DNA from: Armatimonadota bacterium
GTDB taxonomy: Bacteria; Sysuimicrobiota; Sysuimicrobiia; Sysuimicrobiales; Humicultoraceae
Reading direction: 5' to 3'
Assembly: GCA_037443365.1 (NCBI GenBank)
Contig: JBBIOM010000020.1
Coordinates: forward strand, 1 to 34,934
DNA length: 34,934 nucleotides
Within the stretch, counting starts at the first letter, position 1. Each line of letters opens with the position of its first letter. A model generated the notes under the pieces. That model worked only from the letters and a program-made list of their open reading frames with translations. It made no database searches and had not been told where the DNA came from. Both the position numbers and the translations under genes were made by a program. Below are positions 17,721-26,531 of this stretch, one piece after another.

Positions 17721-18230
17721 TCAGGACGAGGCGGCCTCGCGACGGCGCTGCGCCACCAGATCCGCCAGCCATCGCGGATCCTCGTAGACGTAGTCCTTGC
17801 GCAGGGGGTGACCGACCCAGTCGTCGGTCATCATGATCCGCCGGAGATCGGGGTGTCCGTCGAATGCGACTCCGAACAGGTCGTAGGTTTCCCGCTCGTG
17901 CCAGTTCGCCGCGCTCCAAATGCCGCTGACGCTGGGCACCCGAGGATCGTCGCGCGGAACCCGTACCTTCAGCAGCAGTTCGTGACGAGCGGTCATCGAA
18001 AAGAGGTGGTAGAGCACCTCGATCTGTCCGGATGAGGGGCGGTCCACGCCGGTCACAAACGAGCAGTAGTCAAGCAGGAAGGGCGGCTCATCGCGCAGGA
18101 CGCCGCAGATCTCCAGCAGACGCTCGGCGGGCACCGCGGCTCCAGGCACGTGATGCACCGGCTCCTCGTGCGGGAAAGGCTCCACCTCGGGGAAACGCTC
18201 CACAAGTTGCCGCACAAGCTCCCAGCTCAC
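17721..18230 (-). CDS. nuoC: NADH:quinone oxidoreductase subunit C
   Basis: VTGVD, ANWHERETYDLFGV.F.GHPDLRRI, GHPLRKDY. Confidence 0.92.
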   Translation of the reverse strand: MSWELVRQLVERFPEVEPFPHEEPVHHVPGAAVPAERLLEICGVLRDEPPFLLDYCSFVTGVDRPSSGQIEVLYHLFSMTARHELLLKVRVPRDDPRVPSVSGIWSAANWHERETYDLFGVAFDGHPDLRRIMMTDDWVGHPLRKDYVYEDPRWLADLVAQRRREAASS

Positions 18231-18712
18231 GCCCGCCGCCCCGATGAGAAGATCCCGCGCGCCGCCGGTTCCTTCGAGTCCGCCCGGTGCAGGTCAGCGA
18301 GATCGTAGAGCAACCTGCTCCGGTCGCGAGTGCTGGCCTCATAGCAGGGCACGAACACGATCGCCTCTGTGGGACAGACCTCCACGCACAGCCCGCAGAA
18401 GCAGCACTTGTCCATCTCGATGTCGAAGCGGGTGAGATAGCGTTCCTTCCCCTTGCCGGACGCCTCGATGTGAATGCAGCGATCGGGGCAGACGCGCTCG
18501 CACTGGAAGCAGATTATGCACTTGTCCTTCCCGGTCGCGGGATCTATGGGCAGGGCCAGCAGGCCGTGCCAGTTCGGGGAGACCTCCAGCCGCTCAAGCG
18601 GATACTTGACGGTGTTCTTCCTGGCCCCCAGGGCCCGCAGCGTCACCCGAAGCCCGGTCGCCAGGCCTACCACCGAGTCCCATGCGCGTACTGCCAGTTC
18701 AGCCATGCTCAC
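18227..18712 (-). CDS. nuoI: NADH:quinone oxidoreductase subunit I (2x[4Fe-4S])
   Basis: TVKYP, CIICFQCERVCP and CCFCGLCVEVCP; start 18712 (GTG) or 18706 (ATG). Confidence 0.9.
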   Translation of the reverse strand: MSMAELAVRAWDSVVGLATGLRVTLRALGARKNTVKYPLERLEVSPNWHGLLALPIDPATGKDKCIICFQCERVCPDRCIHIEASGKGKERYLTRFDIEMDKCCFCGLCVEVCPTEAIVFVPCYEASTRDRSRLLYDLADLHRADSKEPAARGIFSSGRRA

Positions 18713-18713
18713 C

Positions 18714-19820
18714 CTACCGATCCACGTCCGAGAGGACGATGTCCGCGGTTCCCAGGATGGCGATGACGTCCGCCACCTTCCAGCCGCGCATCACCTCGCA
18801 GAGCGCGTACAGGTTGGCGAACGAGGGCGCACGAACCTTGACCCGGTAGGGCCGGTCGGCCCCCTCGCTCACAATGTGGACGCCGAGGTCCCCGCGGGGG
18901 GACTCGGTGCGCGCGTAGATCTCGCCCTGCGGCAGCTTGACCGCCACAGGAACCTTGGCGCGTACATCTCCTGCCGGGAGGCGGTCTATCGCCTGCCGGA
19001 CTATGCGCACGCTCTGCCGCATCTCCTCCATGCGCACGAGGTACCGGGCGAAGCAGTCGCCCGCCTCCTGTGTTGGAACGTCGAACTCCACCTCAGCGTA
19101 GGCCTCGTACGGGATGGCCTTCCGGACGTCAAAAGCCACCCCTGAGGCGCGGGCCACGGGGCCGCAGGCGCCCATGTTGATGGCGGCGTCCCTTTGCAGG
19201 ACGCCCACACCCTGCGCGCGGGCCAGGAAGATCGGGTTGCCGGTCAGCAGGTCGCTGTACTCCTGCAGGTGATCGGGGAACTCGTCGCAGAACGCGAGGA
19301 CCCGATCTGTCCATCCCCCGGGTAGATCGCGGGAAACGCCGCCAGGGCGGAAGTAGACGTAGTGCAGCCGCCCCCCCGTGACCTGCTCGAACAGGTCCAG
19401 GAGGCGCTCACGCTCCCTGAAGCAGTACAGGAAGACCGTCGTGGCCCCAAGGTCGTTCGCCCAGGTCCCCAGCCACACCAGGTGGCTCGAGAGCCGCTGG
19501 AGTTCCAGCATGATCGTCCGGATCCATCGCGCGCGGGGGGGAACCTCGATCCCGCCGAGGCGCTCCACTGCCAGCAGGTAGGCTTCCTCGTTGGCCAGGG
19601 CCGCCAGGTAGTCCAGACCGCGGTCTGCGAGGGCCACGTTCTGCAGGTAGGTCCGGTGCTCCATCATCTTCTCTACGGAGGAGTGCAGGTACCCGATGTA
19701 CGGCCTGACGTCCACGATGTTCTCGCCGTCGAGGGTCACCAGCAGGCGCAGCACCCCGTGCATGCTGGGGTGCTGAGGGCCCATGTTGAGCATCAGTTCC
19801 TCGGTGCGAAGCGCCATCAC
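18714..19820 (-). CDS. nuoD: NADH:quinone oxidoreductase subunit D
   Basis: NMGPQHPSMHGVLRL, IGYLH, ESPRG, RAPSF, C-terminal DVDR; no NiFe CxxC pairs. Confidence 0.93.
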   Translation of the reverse strand: MMALRTEELMLNMGPQHPSMHGVLRLLVTLDGENIVDVRPYIGYLHSSVEKMMEHRTYLQNVALADRGLDYLAALANEEAYLLAVERLGGIEVPPRARWIRTIMLELQRLSSHLVWLGTWANDLGATTVFLYCFRERERLLDLFEQVTGGRLHYVYFRPGGVSRDLPGGWTDRVLAFCDEFPDHLQEYSDLLTGNPIFLARAQGVGVLQRDAAINMGACGPVARASGVAFDVRKAIPYEAYAEVEFDVPTQEAGDCFARYLVRMEEMRQSVRIVRQAIDRLPAGDVRAKVPVAVKLPQGEIYARTESPRGDLGVHIVSEGADRPYRVKVRAPSFANLYALCEVMRGWKVADVIAILGTADIVLSDVDR

Positions 19821-19833
19821 GCCGCCCCCCGCC

Positions 19834-20397
19834 TCAGGCCCCTTGCGCCGCAGCGCGGCGGAGGAACGGTCCGGACTTGATCTTCTCCTGGAGCCTGAGG
19901 ATCCCTTCGATCAGGGCCTCGGGCCGCGGCGGGCAGCCGGGGATGTACACGTCCACGGGGATGATCTCGTCAATGCCCTTGAGAATCGAGTAGTTGTCGT
20001 GATAGAAGGGGCCGCCGCAGGTCGCGCAGGATCCCATTGAGATCACGTACTTGGGCTCGGGCATCTGCTCCCACAGCCGGCGCGTGATCGGCGCCATCTT
20101 GAGCGTGCAGCGTCCCGCCACGATCATCAGGTCGGCCTGGCGCGGGGTCGCCCGGGGCATGACACCCATGCGGTCGAGATCGAACCGGCCGGCGAAGGCG
20201 GCCATCATCTCGATCGCGCAGCACGCCAGCCCAAAGCCCAGCGGCCACAGGCTGGCCGCGCGGCTCCAGTTGAGCAGCGCATCGACCTTCGTGAGGATGA
20301 CACCGCCCACCGGCAGCCGGTCAAGCGCGGCGATCGTCTTCTCTACGGACTCGGGTCTCGACAAAGAAGCGGTGTCCCGCCGTGGCGGGGTGGTCAT
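19834..20397 (-). CDS. nuoB: NADH:quinone oxidoreductase subunit B
   Basis: [37 protein letters not shown] at 20397 with GGAGGAG SD. Confidence 0.95.
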   Translation of the reverse strand: MTTPPRRDTASLSRPESVEKTIAALDRLPVGGVILTKVDALLNWSRAASLWPLGFGLACCAIEMMAAFAGRFDLDRMGVMPRATPRQADLMIVAGRCTLKMAPITRRLWEQMPEPKYVISMGSCATCGGPFYHDNYSILKGIDEIIPVDVYIPGCPPRPEALIEGILRLQEKIKSGPFLRRAAAQGA

Positions 20398-20471
20398 GCG
20401 CTCCTCCCCAGGGAGATTGCTGGCGTGGTTGCGCCCCTGGGCGCCGATCCAGGGCCGCGAGAACCTTACCC

Positions 20472-20500
20472 ATGGTAGCACCGGAGGTGATGACCGTCAA
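20472..20500 (-). promoter_or_regulatory. Sigma70-type promoter for nuoB-D-I-C-lpdA-lipA operon
   Basis: TTGACG (20500-20495), 17 nt, TACCAT (20477-20472) with extended -10 TG. Confidence 0.7.
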
Positions 20501-20565
20501 ACACCCGAGATCGACCCTGGAACCCTTGGAGGCGACGGCCGGTGTGGCAGTCGCCGTGGCCCATC

Positions 20566-21192
20566 TCAGGGCCGAGCCACGAACCGAAACTCCAGGCGCG
20601 CCTCGTTTTCCGCCCTGAGCACACCGAGTATTGACGGCGGATCGAACCCGAAGTCCGTCATCTTGATGATCGTGCGACCGGTCACAGTGAGGGTGGATCC
20701 CTCCAGCCGTACCATCGAAGCGAAGAGCGTGGGCCGCGTGGCATCCCTTATCTTCAGGTTCCCTTCAATCTGGACGGGCGCCTCCCTGCCCTCCACGTAG
20801 GTCTCCGGCAGCCCGGTAACCCGGGTGGGCACAAACTCCGCGATAGGGTATCGATCCGACTCGAGCCAGCGCTGGCGGATCGCGGCGTCGCGCCTCTCGC
20901 TGTCCGACTTGAACTTGCTTATGTCGATCGAGATGACACCTATCCGCGTGTTCGATGGGCGTGCGCGATCGACGAAGACCTCGCCCCGCACCTCGGTTGT
21001 CACGCCGACCGCGGTTGCGAACCGGGCGCCCACCACGAAGGTTTCGTCCACGTTGTACGTAGCGCTGGACTCGCCGGGCACGATCACAAACCTCTGTACG
21101 CCCGGGGCAACAGCCGCGGGCGCCGCAGACGCGGGGGGGGAGATCATCAAGAGAGCGGTGACCGCGGCAACTGACATGGTCCTGAGCAGCAT
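20566..21192 (-). CDS. YceI-family exported lipid/polyisoprenoid-binding protein
   Basis: Signal peptide; ESSATYNVDE, SDSERRD, YPIAEF, GNLKIRD, MTDFGFDPP; ATG at 21192 with AAGGAGGT SD. Confidence 0.85.
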   Translation of the reverse strand: MLLRTMSVAAVTALLMISPPASAAPAAVAPGVQRFVIVPGESSATYNVDETFVVGARFATAVGVTTEVRGEVFVDRARPSNTRIGVISIDISKFKSDSERRDAAIRQRWLESDRYPIAEFVPTRVTGLPETYVEGREAPVQIEGNLKIRDATRPTLFASMVRLEGSTLTVTGRTIIKMTDFGFDPPSILGVLRAENEARLEFRFVARP

Positions 21193-21254
21193 CTCATACC
21201 TCCTTACGGCCGGGAACGGGCGCATCAGCGACGAGCGGCCGTAGCAACCCCCTC

Positions 21255-21280
21255 AACGCCGGGGGCCCATGGCTTGTTCC
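21255..21280 (-). promoter_or_regulatory. ECF sigma-type promoter for yceI
   Basis: GGAAC (21280-21276), 17 nt, CGTT (21258-21255), matching GGAAY-N18-GTT. Confidence 0.55.
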
Positions 21281-21363
21281 CGCCGGCTCGGCAGGGTAAC
21301 ATCGCTTCCTGGCCGAACCTACAGACATCGTTCATCTGTCGCGCATCCTGCGCGCGGGAGCCA

Positions 21364-22203
21364 ATGATGAATCGCGAAGCAGATCTGGGCGCGCTGCGAC
21401 TGCGCGCGCACGCCTTCCGAAAGACGATCCTGGAGATGATCACCCGGGCCGGCTCCGGGCACCCCGGCGGATCACTCTCGGTGATCGATCTCCTGACCGC
21501 GCTGTACTTCCGCCACCTGCGGCACGACCCGGGGAACCCGGCGTGGCCCGACCGCGACAGGGTCGTCCTCAGCAAGGGGCATGCCTGCCCTGCCTGGTAC
21601 GTGGTTCTGGCCGAGTGCGGCTACTTCGATCCCTCCCACCTGTGGACGCTGCGCCAGTTGGGAAGCCTCCTGCAGGGACATCCTGACATGACCCGGACGC
21701 CGGGGGTAGAGATCTCCACGGGCTCGCTGGGCATGGGGCTGTCGGCCGCCTCCGGCATGGCGCTTGCCGGAAAGCGCGACGGACGTCCCTACCGCGTTTT
21801 CGCGGTGCTCGGCGACGGCGAGTGCCAGGAGGGGTCTGTCTGGGAGGCGGCGATGTTCGCCGCCCACTACGGACTGGACAACCTGACGGCCATCGTGGAC
21901 CGCAACGGGCTACAGCAGACGGGGCGCACCGAGGAGCGCCTGCGCCTCGATCCCCTCGCCGACAAGTGGCGGGCCTTCAACTGGGAAGTCCAGGAGATTG
22001 ATGGGCACGACATGGGAGCGATCGTGTGCGCGCTTGAGGCGGCGGCCACCCTCGCCGGGCGGCCGCACGCGATCGTGGCCCGCACCGTCAAGGGCAAGGG
22101 GGTCTCTTTCGCCGAAGGCGTGGCAGGATACCACGGCAAGGCGTTGACGCAGGACGAGCTGGCGCGGGCGCTCGCCGAACTGGACAGCGCAGCGCGGGGG
22201 TAG
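21364..22203 (+). CDS. Transketolase, N-terminal ThDP-binding subunit (split type)
   Basis: GHPGGSLS, LSKGH, LQGHP, TGSLG, GDGE..EG..N ThDP motif, TVKGKG; start ATG 21364 or 21367. Confidence 0.92.
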   Translation: MMNREADLGALRLRAHAFRKTILEMITRAGSGHPGGSLSVIDLLTALYFRHLRHDPGNPAWPDRDRVVLSKGHACPAWYVVLAECGYFDPSHLWTLRQLGSLLQGHPDMTRTPGVEISTGSLGMGLSAASGMALAGKRDGRPYRVFAVLGDGECQEGSVWEAAMFAAHYGLDNLTAIVDRNGLQQTGRTEERLRLDPLADKWRAFNWEVQEIDGHDMGAIVCALEAAATLAGRPHAIVARTVKGKGVSFAEGVAGYHGKALTQDELARALAELDSAARG

Positions 22204-22209
22204 CGTGAG

Positions 22210-23178
22210 ATGGCGAGCGCTCCGAGACCGAACGCGGCACTGAAGGCCACGAGGGACGCCTACGGAGAGGCCATCGTGGAGGTGGCCCGGGACAACCCGC
22301 GCATTGTGGCGCTCACAGGGGACCTGCGCGACTCCAACCGGCTGGAGGCGTTCGCACAGGAGTACCCGGATCGCTTCTTCGAGTGCGGCATCGCCGAGCA
22401 GAACATGATCGGCGTGGCGGCAGGCCTGGCCGCCTGCGGTAAGATCCCCTTCGCGAGTTCGTTCGCCGCGTTCTCACCGGGCAGGTGCTACGACCAGATC
22501 AGGGTGCTGGTCGCGCAGCCCGGCCTCAACGTGAAGCTCGTCAGCACTCACGGCGGCCTGACCGTGGGCGAGGACGGAATGAGCGCGCAGGCAGTGGAAG
22601 AGCTCGCGATGATGCGCGCGCTCGCCAACATGACCGTGATCGTCCCGGCCGACGCGGTGGAGACAGCGCAGGCAATCCACGCGGCGGCCGAGCACAACGG
22701 CCCGGTGTACGTGCGGCTCGGCCGGTCGGGCGTGCCCGTTCTGTTCGATGAGTCCTACCGGTTCTCGATCGGGGCGGCCCCCCTACTGCGTGACGGAGGC
22801 GACGTGACGCTGGCGGCCTGCGGAATCATGGTGGCCGAGGCGCTGGAAGCCGCGCGCCTGCTGGAAGTGGAGGGCATCCGGGCCCGTGTGCTCAACGTCT
22901 CGACGCTCAAGCCCCTCGACGAGGAGTCGCTCCTTCGGGCCGCGCGCGAGACCGGCGCAATCGTCACCGCGGAGGAGCACACGGTCCACGGAGGGCTGGG
23001 AGGGGCCGTCTGCGAGGTGGTCGCGGCAGGTCACCCGGTGGCCGTCGAGCGTGTGGGGATATGGGACAGGTTCGGCGAGTCCGGACCGCCAGGGCCGCTG
23101 ATGCAGGCCTACGGCCTCACCGCGGAGGAGATCGCCGCGGCCGCGCGGCGTGCGCTGAGACGCAAGCGGACCTCCTAG
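22210..23178 (+). CDS. Transketolase, C-terminal subunit (split type)
   Basis: TRDAYG, GIAEQNM, YDQIR, GEDGMSAQ, GPVYVRL, EEH..GGLG. Confidence 0.92.
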   Translation: MASAPRPNAALKATRDAYGEAIVEVARDNPRIVALTGDLRDSNRLEAFAQEYPDRFFECGIAEQNMIGVAAGLAACGKIPFASSFAAFSPGRCYDQIRVLVAQPGLNVKLVSTHGGLTVGEDGMSAQAVEELAMMRALANMTVIVPADAVETAQAIHAAAEHNGPVYVRLGRSGVPVLFDESYRFSIGAAPLLRDGGDVTLAACGIMVAEALEAARLLEVEGIRARVLNVSTLKPLDEESLLRAARETGAIVTAEEHTVHGGLGGAVCEVVAAGHPVAVERVGIWDRFGESGPPGPLMQAYGLTAEEIAAAARRALRRKRTS

Positions 23179-23600
23179 CGGGCCGCGTGCTCGTCAAGGC
23201 CCTGCTCAAGCGAGACCCACGGCAGCGTCGCGCACTTGACCCGCACCGGGAACCGCCGGACACCCTGCAGCGCGGCCAGATCGCCCATCTCCTCCCCGGA
23301 TCCCTCGCCGCGCATCAAGTCCTTGAACTTCCCGACCGCGGCGCGCACCTCGTCCAGCGTCCGGCCCTTGATGGCCTCGGTCATCATCGAGGCCGAGGCC
23401 TGGCTGATCGCACACCCGCGCCCTTCGAAGCGCACGTCCGCGACCCGGCCGTCCCTCAGGTTCAGGTACAGCGTGAGCTCGTCCCCGCAGAGCGGGTTGG
23501 CGCCTTCCACGGATATGTCGCTGGGCTCCAGCCTGCCGCGGTTGCGGGGATGGGCGTGGTGGTCGAGGATCACCTCGCGGTACAGATCATCCAGTTCCAT
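23175..23600 (-). CDS. sufU: SufU sulfur-transfer protein
   Basis: LYREVILDH, NPLCGD, GCAISQAS, RVKCA. Confidence 0.95.
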   Translation of the reverse strand: MELDDLYREVILDHHAHPRNRGRLEPSDISVEGANPLCGDELTLYLNLRDGRVADVRFEGRGCAISQASASMMTEAIKGRTLDEVRAAVGKFKDLMRGEGSGEEMGDLAALQGVRRFPVRVKCATLPWVSLEQGLDEHAAR

Positions 23601-24852
23601 GCGCGACCTCCTTCGTGCTCAAGGAGGCCCGCGCAAACAGGCGGTGCACCTTGATCAGTCCGGCGACCAGGGCGTCCACATCCGACCTCAGGCTGTACAG
23701 GTGGAAGCTGGCGCGAGCCGAGGCCGGTATCCCGAACCGGCGGTGCAGCGGCTCGGCGCAGTGGTGCCCGGCGCGTACGGCGATGCCCTCGCCGTCGAGA
23801 ACCTGGGCGATGTCGTGAGGGTGGACGCCCTCCAGCGTGAACGCGATCGCGCCGCCCCGATCCGCGGCCGTCTTGGGCCCGTAGATCACGAGCCCGGGAA
23901 CCTCGCTTAGCCGCCCCAGCGCGTAGTCAATCAGGTCGCGCTCATGCGCGCTGATAGCGTCCATGCCGGTCTTCCGCATGTAGTCGACCGCTGCGCCAAG
24001 GCCGATCGCGCCCGCCACGTTGGGAGTCCCGGCTTCGAACCTGTGGGGCGGGGCCTTGTAGGTGGACCGGTCGAGTCCGACGCTCATGATCATCTCGCCC
24101 CCACCATGGTAGGGCGGCATCGCCTCGAGCAGGGAGTAGCGGGCCCACAGCCCGCCTATGCCCATCGGGCCCAGCATCTTGTGGCCCGAGAACGCCAGGA
24201 AGTCGGCGCCCAGCGCGCCCACGTCCACGCTCTGGTGTGGGACGCTCTGGGCCGCGTCAACGAGAACCAGCGCGCCCGCCTGGTGCGCCCGATCCGCGAT
24301 GCGCCTGATCGGGTTGATCGTGCCAAGCACGTTGGACTGGTGCGTCAGTCCGACCAACTTCGGCCGGTCCTCCAGCAGACGCTCGAATGCATCGAGATCG
24401 AGCCGGCCCTCGTCCGTGACGGGGACGTACCTCAAGACGGCGCCACGCTCGGCGGCCAGCATCTGCCAGGGCACGATGTTGCTGTGATGCTCCATCTCGG
24501 TCAGGAGGATCTCGTCACCGGCCCCGATGTTGGCGCGGCCCCATGCCGCGGCCACAAGGTTGATGGCCTCCGTGGTGCCCCGGGTGAATACGATCTCCTC
24601 GCTCCCTGCTGCGCCCAGAAATGAGGCCAGATTTGCCCGTGCCTCCTCGTACCTGGCGGTGGCCTCCTCGGCCAGCCAGTAGATGCCGCGGTGGACGTTG
24701 GCGTTGTAGGAGCGATAGTACTCCGATATCGCGTCCAACACTTGCTGCGGCTTCTGCGAAGTCGCCGCGCTGTCGAGGTAGATCAGGGTCTTCCCGTCCG
24801 CCTTCGGGCGCAGGAGGGGAAAATCGTCACGCGTGCCTGCGGCCAGAGCCAC
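23587..24852 (-). CDS. sufS: SufS cysteine desulfurase
   Basis: YLDSAATSQKP, EHHSN, FSGHKM (PLP Lys), RAGHHCA. Confidence 0.96.
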   Translation of the reverse strand: MALAAGTRDDFPLLRPKADGKTLIYLDSAATSQKPQQVLDAISEYYRSYNANVHRGIYWLAEEATARYEEARANLASFLGAAGSEEIVFTRGTTEAINLVAAAWGRANIGAGDEILLTEMEHHSNIVPWQMLAAERGAVLRYVPVTDEGRLDLDAFERLLEDRPKLVGLTHQSNVLGTINPIRRIADRAHQAGALVLVDAAQSVPHQSVDVGALGADFLAFSGHKMLGPMGIGGLWARYSLLEAMPPYHGGGEMIMSVGLDRSTYKAPPHRFEAGTPNVAGAIGLGAAVDYMRKTGMDAISAHERDLIDYALGRLSEVPGLVIYGPKTAADRGGAIAFTLEGVHPHDIAQVLDGEGIAVRAGHHCAEPLHRRFGIPASARASFHLYSLRSDVDALVAGLIKVHRLFARASLSTKEVAHGTG

Positions 24853-24868
24853 TGGCGCACCTCCGATG

Positions 24869-25213
24869 CTAGCGCTTGTGCGGCATTCCCTGACCGGGTC
24901 TGCCTTCCAGCGAGATCAGGATCGCGTCGCCTTCCACCTTCACGGGGTACGTGGCCACCGGCCTGACGGCAGGCAGCGAAAGCACACGCCCCGAGGGCAG
25001 GTGGAACCGCGATCCGTGCCTGGGACACACCAGGATCTCGCCCATCAAGGGACCTTCCGCGAGGGACTGGTCCTCGTGGGTGCAGTTGTCATCCACCGCG
25101 TAGATCGCGCCGCCCACGTTCGCCACCGCGATCTTGCGCCCGGCGGCCTCCACGCGCTTCGCGCTGCCAGGCGGGATCTCATGGAGTGTCGCAACCCGGA
25201 TGAACTCGTCCAT
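24869..25213 (-). CDS. Rieske-type [2Fe-2S] ferredoxin
   Basis: CTHE and CPRHGS.F Rieske boxes. Confidence 0.92.
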   Translation of the reverse strand: MDEFIRVATLHEIPPGSAKRVEAAGRKIAVANVGGAIYAVDDNCTHEDQSLAEGPLMGEILVCPRHGSRFHLPSGRVLSLPAVRPVATYPVKVEGDAILISLEGRPGQGMPHKR

Positions 25214-25214
25214 T

Positions 25215-26531
25215 CTAGATCATCTTCTCCGCCACCCTGGCCCTCAGGTAGGATCGCACCCTCGCTCCGGGAATGCGGTCGAACACGTCGGCGAAGAAGC
25301 CCTCGACAATCATGAACGCGGCCCGCTTGCGCGGGATTCCCCGGCTCATCAAGTAGAAGACCTGCTCGTCGTCCAGGTGGCTCGTGGCCGACCCGTGGGT
25401 GCACCGGAGGTCGTCGGCCATGATCTCCAGCATCGGGATGCTGTCGGACCGCGCGCCCCGCGACAGGATCAGGTTGCGGTTCACCTGGAACGCGTTGGTC
25501 TTCTGCGCACCGGGCTCCACCCTGATCAGGCCCGAGAACACAGACCGGGCCGAGTCCTTCACCGCGCCCCGGTAGAGGAGGTCGCTGGAGGCGCCCGGCG
25601 CCCTGTGATCCTGCAGCGCGTGGAGGTCCACGCGTTGAGCGCCGGTCCCGAAGTAGACCCCGAGCATCTCCGAGGAGGCCCCGGCCCCCAGCAGATGCGA
25701 CTCCACGTCCACCTTGACTAGCCCGCCGCCCAGCACCACGACCAGGCTGCGCAGGGAAGCGCCCCGATCCACGTGGCCTCGGATCAGACTCCCCACCTCC
25801 CACATCGCCGGACCCCACTCCTGTACGGCCGCGTACTGGACCTGCGCCCCGGTGCGCACGAACAACTCGACCGCGCCCGAGCACAGCGTGCGCGGGCCGT
25901 CGGTCGCCGAGGCAAACAGCTCAACCAGCGTCACCCGGCTCTCCTCCTCGGCGACGAGGAGGGTGTGGGGGAAGATGGCGCATCCGCGGGCGCCCAGCCA
26001 GACCTGGCTCACCAGCGGGAGGCTGACCTCCACGCCCCTGGGTACGTACACGAACGTGCCGCCCGTCCAGAGCGCGGCGTGCAGCGAGCGGAAACGGTGC
26101 TCTCCGGGCCAGGAGTCGGTGGCCATCAGGACGTCGCGCACCAGGTCCGGGTGGTCCCTGACCGCGGTGGCCAGGTCCAGGAAGAGCACTCCCTGCTGGA
26201 CCGCGGAGGCCTCCAACTCGCTTCCCGCCATCCCGCCGTCCAGATGCGTGATCAGGCCGGAGCGCTGCTCCGCCTCCCTTGCAATCGTGCCGATGAACCG
26301 GGGGCGGGATGCGCCCTCGGTGCCGCTCGGCAAGCAGAACTCGCCTGGGTCCATGGTGCCGAGATCAGTCCGGCGCCAGGTCTGCGGGTGCGTGACGGCC
26401 GGCATGGGAAGACGCTCGTACGCGTCCCAGGCGGCCATCCGGCGGGCGTGGACCCAATCCGGCTCCCGCATCCTGGCGCTCTGCGCCTCGATGGTCGCGC
26501 GGGTCAGACCGCCCGGGGAGCCCCTAGCCAA
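25215..26531 (-). CDS. sufD: Fe-S assembly protein SufD
   Basis: WRRTD, IPMLEI..DDLRCTHGSA, FYLMSRGI; overlaps sufB stop. Confidence 0.92.
   Translation of the reverse strand: MARGSPGGLTRATIEAQSARMREPDWVHARRMAAWDAYERLPMPAVTHPQTWRRTDLGTMDPGEFCLPSGTEGASRPRFIGTIAREAEQRSGLITHLDGGMAGSELEASAVQQGVLFLDLATAVRDHPDLVRDVLMATDSWPGEHRFRSLHAALWTGGTFVYVPRGVEVSLPLVSQVWLGARGCAIFPHTLLVAEEESRVTLVELFASATDGPRTLCSGAVELFVRTGAQVQYAAVQEWGPAMWEVGSLIRGHVDRGASLRSLVVVLGGGLVKVDVESHLLGAGASSEMLGVYFGTGAQRVDLHALQDHRAPGASSDLLYRGAVKDSARSVFSGLIRVEPGAQKTNAFQVNRNLILSRGARSDSIPMLEIMADDLRCTHGSATSHLDDEQVFYLMSRGIPRKRAAFMIVEGFFADVFDRIPGARVRSYLRARVAEKMI

Noticed and set aside
18714-20397. Group 4 [NiFe]-hydrogenase interpretation of nuoB/nuoD
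   Set aside because: Large subunit lacks both CxxC Ni-binding motifs and ends DVDR; NuoB has the tandem CC of complex I.
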